Of a stretch of 64,000 nucleotides of DNA, positions 1 through 15,907 are shown one piece after another. The DNA comes from Acanthaster planci (taxonomy: Eukaryota), in assembly GCF_001949145.1 (NCBI RefSeq), contig NW_019091361.1:1714866-1778865 (forward strand). Direction: 5' to 3'. The position numbers and the translations under genes are program-made. The stretch's first letter is position 1; each line of letters starts with the position of its first letter. The notes beneath the pieces were generated by a model. It made no database searches and was not told where the DNA came from. It worked only from the letters and a program-made list of their open reading frames with translations.

Positions 1-137
1 CAGGACTAAGATTTAGCGGCAACGGACATATTGAATTTTGTTTGCCGATCAGATAATGGCATTAAAATCTATCGCAAATCTTAAGAAATACATTGAAACT
101 GGTACGCCATATTACGACAGAGAATTGAAGATTTTAC

Positions 138-3100
138 CATTTGCATGGACAGCTTGCCGATTTCGAACGTTTTTGTTGCACCGACGAAATCTAGTATGAC
201 ATCCACACCGCGTCCTGAGCGCGAAACCGTCTTGACTTGCCGCGCGATGCTATCACTGGGTTGATCTCGATCCATGAGGAGCGGCACAGTATCGCGGACA
301 TTACTGGTAACCACATCTAACGCTTCTTGCTGGAAGATGAAGTAGATGTCCGAAACCGATTCAGGTTGTAGTATTGGAGTCAAAACAAATAAACTGATAC
401 GCCAGAAAGTAACTATGGTTGATTGCAATTCTATATCTGGACAGAAACAGTTCACATTTTCTTAGTTGTCATAATAAGCTAAACGGCATTCAACGTGAAC
501 TTCTCCCTGACTGATCGACTGTGAAAAACACTCTCTGGAAAGGGCACTGAAGTATGGTGTGCTATTAAGGCCACTCTATGCATGCAGCACGGTGACGTGA
601 GTGTTGTTACACCACGCTGTGTAACAATGCTCACCGCGTTGCGTAATGCGGTCCTAATAGTACACCATACCGTCCACTAGTTACTGTATTCCTATCGCAC
701 ACTTTTGCAACCATTCTAGATACCAGACCAAGCATGGAAGTATAGTCAGTTGCCGAAGTGCGCGAGCAGAAGCACCCGCTCATCGGTTGAAAAGAGCCGC
801 GTTGGTCGGGAGTATTCATTTTGTTGGTAGCGATGCGACTGCAACATTGCGTTCCCTGGTTGTTTGTGACCCAGCAATGCGCAAAGGAGCCTCCGTTGCA
901 AGGGAAATAGCGCCCTCACTTGGTCCAGCTCGCGGCCCATAGCGAAGAAGGATAGGGACAACTATACATTTTTAATGAGATTGTGTCCAGAAGTATTGGC
1001 TGAAGCTGGGAAAAACAAAAAGGGTGCCATTTAGCATTGGTGTAGCAACGTCATTTTGATGAATTGGCTGTGCCAAGGACACTTGTCATCCACCTTTAGT
1101 GGCGGTGCTGTTCGAGTCGGACGGTACAAAATAGACAAGAGGTGGAACTCTCTCAACAACTAAATTACTAACATTATTATTTAAGAGCAACAAGAAAACT
1201 CGTGAAAAGGGAGGTTATATATGGGAAAACGACGCTTGTTACATAATGGGGGGAGGGGTAAGTACCCCTTTCCTCAATTTATGCTACGCCACTGGTTAGT
1301 GGCTGCATGCTCTTCTAAACGACGCCTGCGTTATTGTCAGCCGCAGCCAATACGTTGGGAGGCAACCTTAGAAAGACAAAATTATAACAAAGCAAACCTT
1401 GACGTCTGCACATATGATTTGTGTTTCTGGCGGGAAAAGGGCCCTGGCTAAACGAACCCCCCACTGGCCGACCCCACCCACCCCAATCGCCATCACAGAG
1501 CAACAACCTGCAGAAGAGAGAAACGAACATTCAAAACTGAATTTTACCAATCTCATCAGGTCTTCTGGTTTAAGAAGATCGTTTGAGAAGACCAGTATTT
1601 ATTTTTACTGTTCTTTCCCTTTTGTATTTGTAGAGCCACTGACACGCACCTAACAAAACTGTCTTAATCAAGTTTTAACCCGGAAAAAGGCAAAATTTTG
1701 ACCTTTTTTTCTGACTTTTATAACTGTTACGGAAAGTTTATTCATGTCGAGGGAGGCAGAATGTCACACGTTACAAAATCACCTTTAACCTTAACGGCAT
1801 ATGACCTGCATATGACACGTTACGTGCGTAATTTTTCGCGTGCTGACACTGCATTGATGCAGTCACCTGGGAACGGTCAATCTTGATTGACAACCAATAT
1901 TCGAAGACGCTGCGGACATCCTCTTCTCGTTTGTGCAGACGTAGCGGCGCAAGATGGAGAACTTTACCGTGAATACACGTAATTAAAACATTGTAATCGT
2001 ATGGGCGCCATTTCAGCAAGCGATACGCCTGCGCAATGCACATTATTGCGCCGGTGCCGCGGCAGGCATGTACACCTAGGCCGTTTTAAATTTCCAATAC
2101 TCGACTTGGGCTCCGTCTCAGGCTTCAACTGTTTTTTAACTTCCTGACTTTGAGGTTATAATTGTAAATAGTAAGTCTTATAATGCCACAAAACATCAAG
2201 TAAGATGCTAAAGATAGAGCCAAACATTTCAGTATTTCAATTTAAGTTAAACACTTCAGGCCCACAATCGAGGTTTCTTACACGAAGCCTGAGACGGAGA
2301 CAAAGTTGAGTATTGAAAAACGACCCTAGTGCGCCTGCGCCTGTGTATAACCCCGCAGGCGCCCATAGTGATTACACTTTTTGGGCAGAGTTATCCATCT
2401 TTCTCCTTCGGCGCTATAAGATCTTTGGTGCTGACTGCTTATCCTGCACTTCTGTTCTTCCTGATTTGTGCATGTATTAGCTTGTATTCAGCACTGTAAG
2501 ATGGGTTTCGTTTTATCTAGTCTTCTTGCCAGGTGCTTACAACAGACAGTGGAGGTTCACGCTTTATATATTAAAACTTAGGCATGATGCTGTTGGCAGT
2601 AACGCTTACCTTTAACTTTGGTGACGGTTTTAACAAACTCAAGGGCTTCTTCTATGACGTGGAAAGCTGTTAACCCGCTGCAGGGGAGAAGACAGGCCAC
2701 CGGGAGAGGTATGGATGCCGATAGAGGGACCACATACCGAATGTTAGGTACAGAGACATACTGCGCTAATCTGAGGGGGGGGGGAAATCGAAAAACAAAA
2801 TACATGTACTTCGAAGGGCCCATTAAGACATTATCAGAGAACCTTGATTAAAGAACAAACTTATCCAACTTCACTCAATCTTCAAGGAAAGCTTCCCAAA
2901 TCGTCCCAATCTATCACAAAGACAAGTTCTGTTTCGCATCACTTTTGAATACTTTTTTTACTACGCTTATGCACAAGTCTACGACAGCTGCATGCATTTC
3001 CAAGAGTCTACATGAGCGGTAAAGGATATTCCGCACAGGAAACTGTCAAAAACAAGTGGTTTCTCATGGGACTGTTAACACAGAGAGGAGACAGATCGCG

Positions 3101-6100
3101 CGATAGAGCGATGACCTGCTGTGTTTGGAAAAGCTGAGCGATTTTACGAAAGATGCCGCCGTGAGATAACACGGTCTAGCCAATCGGTAGTTTCGTCATG
3201 TATGACGTCACTGCATGTTTACCTTGCTTGTAAATCACGAGGTACTTTAAGTAACCAGAGGTTCTGAGGTTATGCATGGAAGCCATCTCTCCAGTAACTG
3301 CTTTTGTTACGGAGGAATAGTACAAATAAGCCTTTTGCGAGTTAAATTTGAATAAAATCGAGTACGCTGAGTTCTTTAATTCCATGTGAACATAACAATT
3401 GGAATTCTCCATACTAAAGCCACTGTTGCTATACCTCGTGACTCTGGGCAAGCTTTTCCTTAGTTACATAAGAGATGCCTTGCAACAATACACTGTTCTC
3501 AATGGAAAAGAAGGGCACAAAGGAACCAGTCCATTCCAGAGATGGTGGTCGCTAAGCAAAAGCTTGCCCCGAACCATGAGGTATAGCAACAGTGTCTTTA
3601 GTCTGGGGAATTCAAATTGTTATGCTCATGTGCAATCAAATAACTTCAAATTTAACTTGCAAATGGCTTATTAAGGTCTACTCACGAGCATCGATCACTG
3701 TGAAACAAAAGCTCTTTAAAAAACTGGCTGCCACGTACAACCTCTATTATAGTCTGTATCATGCGTTCTTTCTGCCGTGCACTTATACAGCATGGCATAA
3801 GGAGGGATTCGTCCCCCAAATGGGTAAAGTCACTGAAACATTGTAGGAATGCTGCATGGATAAATCTGACAGGTATTCACTCATGCGCACCCGCCGTTAT
3901 ATGTTGTCCCATAGAAAACCTGTTGCGTTGGAGGTCCATCACACAGGACGTTGTAATCTGCCTTGCAAAAGCCACATGCATTGCAGAAGATCCAGGGGAA
4001 AACAACCACGCGATCTCCCAACTTCAAACCATTCCTGCTGATGTCTGTGACGCCTTCACCCAGGGAGGATAGGACGCCAGCTATTTCATGGCCTGGTATC
4101 AAAGGCAAAAAAGAATCCATATTTACTACATGCAATTCCTGATCTAATGAGCTGGGGGCTTCAGTCTCTGATTCACTCCAAACCAGATAAGTCGTATGAT
4201 ATTGTGCTTGTTTGTTTTCCACATGATTGTGAAAGGATGAAAGACTTCAAAGCGGTGTCGATGATATTTCCCTGCTTGTGATAATGCAGTAGAAATTCAA
4301 CCAAAATAGCATCAATTATAATTATTAAGAAAGAAATATAGACTTTGTTCAAGAAAGGAAAGGTTGGCTTTTACGACCGGCCAAATTAAGGCTATAAGTA
4401 CAGGTGTACATGTATTGCACAGTTCCAAGTTGATAAGAACTATCTATTGCAGGACCATCTTCAGTGGTAAGTTTAAACTAGTCGAGATGAGAGGTCACAC
4501 TCTTGTTCAAACGCTATTACCTGAACTGGGGTAACAACATACTGAATTATTTAAAAGCCCATTTTATACACATTTACCTGGGATGCAAGGATAGTTGAAG
4601 CCTGGCCGACCCAGAAATGTCACAATTTTGCCGCCACCCATATCGCGTCTCCCTTCCCAGAAGTGTATGTCAGAATGGCACACCCCGCTGTAGGAAATCT
4701 TTAGAAAAAAATGTTTACAACAATCGAATGCAACTGGCCCATTTCAAAAGAAGATGCAACAAATTATTTCAAGAAATGCATTAAGATTCAACGTTTAACT
4801 GTTTCTTATAATTAACTTAGAAACAACAGATTCCTAATATTCCAACTTATGCCAATATAAGTCACAAACTAATTTATAATTAAGACTTTTGGGAAAAAGA
4901 ACTTGTTAATTTTACGTTTAACTCATGGCAAAGAAAAGAGACAACAAATCACAAAATACAGTAAGAGTGTTTGAGGAATAAAGCAGATCACTACGTTTTT
5001 TGTATCCTTATGTTGTCCTGTTTGGAAGGAATACCTGTCAGCGGACACAACATTTTAACTTAGAAGTTGTTTCTGCTTGTATTTTATCATGCGTTACGTA
5101 ATGTATACAACTTTCGCGATGAGATCAAGATAGTGATAGAGATGTGTTACGTATTACACTGTTGTGCTCACCATAAATCTGGAAAACAAACCTTGGGCCA
5201 GAGCTGTATACAGAGAGAGTATCACCAAGCTTTAGAACCAAAATGGCTGTTCATTATCTGTGCAGCAGCACAGCACGCGGCTACTGCGCGCAATCGACGC
5301 ATAACCATATGGAACGACAAATGTACCAAAATATGACGTTACTCGATGAACGTAAATTGATCGTGTCCTCAATCTATTATGTGATGTTGTCAATTAAATG
5401 TGTAATGTTGTCACACAATTATGTGATGTTGTCGCAACTCTCTCTGTCTTTAAGCAGCTCGAACACATGTATATTATATACATGTATGACTGCAGCTAGT
5501 TTCGGCCATATCACTGTGAATATCACGCCTGATAGACGGAGAACCTATGAGTATGACTATGCTGCAATTATGGAGGTAGGAGCGAAACCAGACAATACCA
5601 GTCCTCAAAAATGCCAGGGTTCGGTGGCGTACGTATATTACTAGGGTACATTTTGCGGGGGTCACCGGGGGTTCATTCTCTTCAGGGGGCACTAAGTGGG
5701 TTCGGTCACAGTTATATACACTGCCGTTAGCAGATATTTGGAGAGAGGGCACAAGGGACAACAGGCCACGAGCGGGTGTGGGAGACCCCACCAGTTATAC
5801 CAAATTTCACTTCTTATAGCTCAATGAATCAACACTTATAGCTCCATGGTCCAATCATGAAGCTCCTTGGTCCCGAACTTTGATCCTTTGCTCAGCGGGG
5901 CGCTCTACGCATGTGTAAACATAACTTGTGACCTGGTCTGGCAGCAAGCATGGCACAAGTAAACCTACCGACTAATGCAAAAATATATTTAAACGGTCAC
6001 CTGAGGTTACTATCATAACTAGCACCACCCGAAACCTGTACGCAAATTGCGAGGGCATTCGTCCGACGCTTGTACAATCCGTTGTTCGTCGCGTCCCATA

Positions 6101-6851
6101 ATGGCCGGATGAGATAACTATTCGCCCTTTACTTTTTGCACTGCACGATAACTGCAGAAATCGGCTTGCTATCTGGCAAGTCATGCAACGTCTGCGCAGT
6201 GCATGCAAAGCAAGAGCGATTTTGACCCTGCCTGGCCTAAATTGCCGGGATCAATTCACGGACGGCTGATGACGAACGCCCTGACCATAACGCAAGTGGT
6301 AAAACCCCAATTTTTTGAGTGAATTTCTGCGATGCGAATCGACTTTTTTTTTAAATTAAGCAATGATTCGGATCCAGAATGGCGTTGGTTCAACTCCGCA
6401 GTCCTCGCACAGTAGTGAAGAAGATTCAGTTCGATTCCATGCGGCAAAGTTGCACCGTGTCACCTTCATCACCCCATTCACTGCATGGAGAATATGTTTT
6501 CAGTAAGAGCCGGTCACACTGGGGTTCGAGGGAGCGCGGCATGACAAGGATTTCATAGTTCGTGGGAATATAGCGTGACGACGAACACAATAAGACTAGT
6601 TCTACGAGTACCCGGGGCATAAAGGAACTATTCATCCATGCAAAGAGAAACCGCCTCTGGAGTTAAAAAAAAAAAAAACCGCGTGATTATTTGATCACAG
6701 AGCAATGGACAGTTGTCGTACTTGTGTCAGCATTATAAATTCGTATTCACCATACCTTTACAACGGCTCCGCCATCTGGGGCCTTTGGGATTGGCTCATC
6801 TTCGAGGAAGACCAGGGGCTCCCCGGGGGCGATCACGCGGATGCACTTCAT
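138..6851 (-). CDS. Zinc-dependent medium-chain alcohol dehydrogenase (MDR family), 3'-partial. Exons 6851-6756, 4698-4578, 4092-3891, 2770-2610, 1507-1398, 329-138
   Basis: All introns are GT-AG and phase-compatible (882 nt, 294 codons). Translation MKCIRVIAPGEPLVFLEDEPIPKAPDGGAVVK/ISYSGVCHSDIHFWEG...IPG/HEIAG...FPWIFCNACGFCKADYNVLC.../...LLPCSGLTAF.../...GVGGVG...ADVK/...GVDVILDFVG. It shows the catalytic Zn ligands (CHSD, GHE, PCSG), a four-Cys structural Zn site and a Rossmann GxGxxG. Remaining exons lie beyond the window start. The frame is open upstream of ATG 6851, so an N-terminal extension is possible. Confidence 0.9.
2076..2329. mobile_element. ~250 bp MITE flanked by CTAG (TA target), copy 1
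   Basis: Terminal inverted repeats ctaggccgtttt..caatactcgacttgggctccgtctcaggcttc / gaagcctgagacggagacaaagttgagtattgaaaaacgaccctag. A second copy lies inverted at 13275-13523. Confidence 0.8.
3325..3672. mobile_element. Degenerate foldback/palindromic element in an ADH intron
   Basis: Arms ~3325-3457 and ~3558-3672 are reverse complements. The ORF track shows mirror peptides (RYSNSGFSMENSNCY on minus, RYSNSVFSLGNSNCY on plus). Confidence 0.65.
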
Positions 6852-7801
6852 GGTCGGATTTCCAAACAGAGTGAGAAAATACGTCAGTAGAGCCTCTGTA
6901 TGTCAAAAGTCCGATCTGCCCGGGGTTTCCTCACCTGAGGTTCAAAAGTCGTTGTTATGTAAAGTTATCTAATGCCCACCGAATATGGAAAACCGTCAAG
7001 GGACGCCTGTCGTAAAGGCCTGGCTAAAAACTGCTGGGGCACGGGGGGGTATAGAAACCTAAGCCCCTGGGGTCACTCATACTGAATTCGGAGAATTGAG
7101 GACTGTTGGGGTTAAACCACAGAGATTGAGACTATCGTGATCTATCTGTGATTGGCGATCAATGACTCTGAATGAAACTGTACGGTCCAGTCTACTGACA
7201 GTCACCCGCTGTGGTACCACTCTGTATAAGGCCGAGTAAATAAACGTGTATTTGGTACCTGCTAGACTAGACTTGGTGCTAACTGATTCAGTTTTGTTCT
7301 CCACTTACGGGCCGCACGGTAGGGGTGTACATGTACATAATCATATACACACACATTTTCGCGGTCCAAGTCGAAAAACGACAAGTTATATGTTACTTTC
7401 ATATTCTAGAGTCGCACCGACAAAACACAGGCTAACGACTAATTGTCATCAAGACTACGTCCCGACCTGCTTCCTCTCACTCTCCTTAAGTTCCCCGCGG
7501 GAGTTGTTCTTCGACCAAGTGGGCAAGGCGAGGCCCCGCAAGTTGGGTGCGACCTGAATGATTCAAGCCGTGGCCAAAAACGGTTAAAACAACCAAATTT
7601 CAAAAAGTATTAACTAGCTTTAGACGTAGATAACTGAACGCCGAAACAATTTTTCGGAGAGATTTCAGGGGCATCTCTCATATTTTATTTCATGCAAAAT
7701 AACAAAGATAAATAAGGAGCAAATCGGGAAAAATATCATTAGATCAACTGATACATTGTATACTTGCCAAGTGTAGGCCCGGGCAGAGGAATACACATCT
7801 A

Positions 7802-8657
7802 TCGATGAACAAAATAATCCGACGTAAAATCATCAACAACTCCAGCATGAATGCAAGTGACCCAAGCCCCAATAAAGCAGCACGTACTATGGCAGACTCG
7901 GACCTCTCTACCCTGCTGCAGGGTGCACCTGACGGGAAAGAAATGCTTTGAGCGTCTGGGTGTACGGTGGAACGTGTCCGCCAGCCAGGTTTCGCAACAG
8001 TTTTTTTTTACCAACAGTCGTTTGATTTGTTCTGCATCATGTACGCTTATAACTTGGGGGTTGTAAACTTGTTACTTTGGGCACAGTCAAATAATGGACC
8101 CAGAAAGGTCATTCACCATCTTAACAAAATGCACTTCTGTAAAATAGGGTATGTTTTGCATTGGAAAACAGGACGAGAAACTAATTTTTTCACTCCGTCC
8201 AAAATGTCCGTAGTTCACCATGCAAATATAATTCATGGGGTCAAGGTCTAATTGGACTGGACATTTTAAGGGGCATTTCCTCTTCGATGAACAAAATAAC
8301 CAGACGTAAAATCATCAACAACTCCAGCATGAATGCAAGTGACCCAAGCCCCAATAAAGCAGCACGTACTCGGACCTCGGACCTCTCTACCCTGCTGCAG
8401 GGTGCACCTGACGGGAAAGAAACGCTTTGAGCGTCTGGGTGTACGGTGGAACGTGTCCGCCAGCCAGGTTTCGCAACAGTTTTTTTTTTTACCAACAGTC
8501 GTTTGATTTGTTCTGCATCATGTACGCTTATAACTTGGGGGTTGTAAACTTGTTACTTTGGGCACAGTCAAATAATGGACCCAGAAAGGTCATTCACCAT
8601 CTTAACAAAATGCACTTCTGTAAAATAGGGTATGTTTTGCATTGGAAAAAAGGACGA
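7802..8657 (+). repeat. Near-identical ~375 bp direct duplication (7802-8176 and 8284-8657)
   Basis: Both copies begin tcgatgaacaaaataa and end ttggaaaa(c/a)aggacga, with few differences. Duplicated peptides appear in the ORF track. Confidence 0.92.
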
Positions 8658-9525
8658 ACAAGGGTTTTAGTGTGTTTTCCCTGTAGACCCAGTGAACCGT
8701 CCAGTTAGCCATCAACGACTTTTTTTATGTCTGAATGCATGCCAGTAAATACGCCGAAAACCGCTTGCGCGGGCAAAATCACATTTGTATGCACACACAT
8801 GTTTACGTTACATACCTACTGTGGACATTCCTTTGTTTTCGTGAAGTTAGGAAAAGTCAGTGACAATACTCATTTTTCTTCATCTAGGAACACGATTTTC
8901 AGCTGGCTTTTTGTAAAAGGTTTCCTTGACTATTCCTCTTCCTTTTACCACAGATGACCCCTACCCCAAAATGCCTCTAAACTCCTTTTCCAGAGAGGAG
9001 GAAACCTTGTGTGGACATGTGCAAGTCCGAGTCCACACAACGCCATCGTACCCTGCATTATGTGGACTTCTTTTGTGCAGAGGTCCACACTATGATGTAG
9101 GCCTATGCCACGCCTGTACTGAAATTCTCTACGAAACAGGGCATTTTGTTGCGCGGCCCATGAACTTGAAGATTTGTAGAAAAGACAGGCGGACAAAGAG
9201 AATACCAGCTTACTTCTGAGTGAGATTTAGAAGAAATCAGTGCCTGAAAACGGTCTATTTCTCGAGAGGTGTAGGCATTGATATTTCAAATTGGCGAGGG
9301 GCTTCACGACTGCATTTTAGGGATGACCTTCCGTGGAAATAAATATCTTCAAAAGTCGGTTATTAGTGAACAAAAATTTGCGAAGAAAATGATAAATCAT
9401 AAACTGGGCTCTAATTCTGATGTGCGTCTCGAACAGTTGAGAAATTCGGGAGTATTTTGTCCAGATTTTATGAAATTTGGGCAGTTATCACCGTTGGCTG
9501 TGACAGTTTATTTACTAGCCTGTAG

Positions 9526-10013
9526 GGTGCAGTCCACTAATTCAAGTGAGAATTTCTGGCCAGCTCATTAACATTAAAAGTGCCCCCCCACAGAGTATCT
9601 TTTGGAAAAGGAGACTTTATGGCCCCAAAAATGGTGAGATTGTGTAAATCGGTGCCGGAATCAAGTCCCTGGGTCTTTGGGCTTTCATCTGAGAGCAGAA
9701 TGGCTAAAAAATACGGTTGAAAAAATGGTCCTTAGTGTTCGAGAAAGTTGAGGGTTGTTACTTGAAAAATGGCTGCAAGCAGACTTCGGAAAAACCACTT
9801 TTTGGCTGTAATTTTGTTTTGTGGGAATAACTCAAAATGTCATCGGCTAACCCACAGAAAATTAAAAAGAAAGTGAAAGATTAGGAACCATAAAATAATT
9901 TAACGTGTGTTTCAGATAACCTACCTAAGAGATGTTGGTACGCATGTTATTGGGCCCCGAACAATGCTGATTTTACACTGTTTTCAATGGGGCTTGAATT
10001 AGTGGACTACACC
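9526..10013. mobile_element. ~490 bp non-autonomous DNA transposon (MITE)
   Basis: 21-bp terminal inverted repeats ggtgcagtccactaattcaag (9526-9546) and cttgaattagtggactacacc (9993-10013), one mismatch. Confidence 0.7.
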
Positions 10014-10094
10014 AAAGGACGTATATATATATATAAACCTGTACTTGCAACGTATGAAAAAACGTATGAAAACGTATGAAAAAGAAGCCAACCA

Positions 10095-10406
10095 GCGGCC
10101 ATTTTACCGAGCCGAATACAAAAGCGTGGGTTGGATCCCTTCTATTGACGTCAGGAAAAACAAAGGCGGCCATTGCCAGGAAAGCTTTGTATTCGGCTAG
10201 GTAAAATGGCCGCGAGTGGATCAATGACTCTATATAAGCTGATTAATTAAGGGCATTGCGAGTCCGGGCTTTATTATACACGTCCGTGACTACACCCGAC
10301 AACCGTCTGTGGGCGAGACGATGTCGTTGGCGCCCTCTCGTGATTGCAAAGGCTTCTCGCTAAACCTCGTTTTTTTCGTGTGTTTCTCGTGAACGGCCTC
10401 TTTCCC
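10095..10406 (+). promoter_or_regulatory. RPS6 promoter with polypyrimidine (TCT/5'TOP) start site
   Basis: cctctttccc at 10397-10406 lies ~40 nt upstream of the ATG. YY1-like gcggccatttt at 10095-10105 and its inverse aaaatggccgc at 10203-10213. CRE palindrome tgacgtca at 10146-10153. The region is CpG-rich. Confidence 0.7.
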
Positions 10407-10439
10407 ATGGTTTAGTGCTGGCATAAGGCGCAAGGCACC

Positions 10440-15550
<5,111 letters not shown>

Positions 15551-15854
15551 AAAAAAATCGGAAAGACGCAGGTGTCTCTAGCGAGCAAGGGGTTCTTGTG
15601 GCTGGGTTGTAGTTGGATTGGGACAGGATGGCTTGCAACGTCAGCAGCTGAACTTGAACAGCAAAGCTTAAAAATGTTTAACTTAATGTTAAACAATATT
15701 ACTGAATTTTTGAAGCGCTTTTCAAGTTAAGCTGAATAATTGCCAGTGGCATAATGGGTAGATCAATTTGTCCAGGAAGAAGCACGCTTTTAAGTTGGTT
15801 AAAAAAAAAAACTCCAACATGACATTTGAGATTAATCCACTGGACTACCAAGGA

Positions 15855-15860
15855 AATAAA
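15855..15860 (+). terminator. Probable RPS6 polyadenylation signal
   Basis: First AATAAA seen after the RPS6 stop (15550). Confidence 0.6.
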
Positions 15861-15901
15861 ACACCACAAAGAAGAAGCCAATAAGGTGTCAAATAGAGCT
15901 G

Positions 15902-15907
15902 TTTATT
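15902..15907 (-). terminator. Candidate UPF1 polyadenylation signal
   Basis: Plus-strand tttatt is the first canonical minus-strand AATAAA I find downstream of the UPF1 stop. A variant ATTAAA occurs near 17048. Confidence 0.45.
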
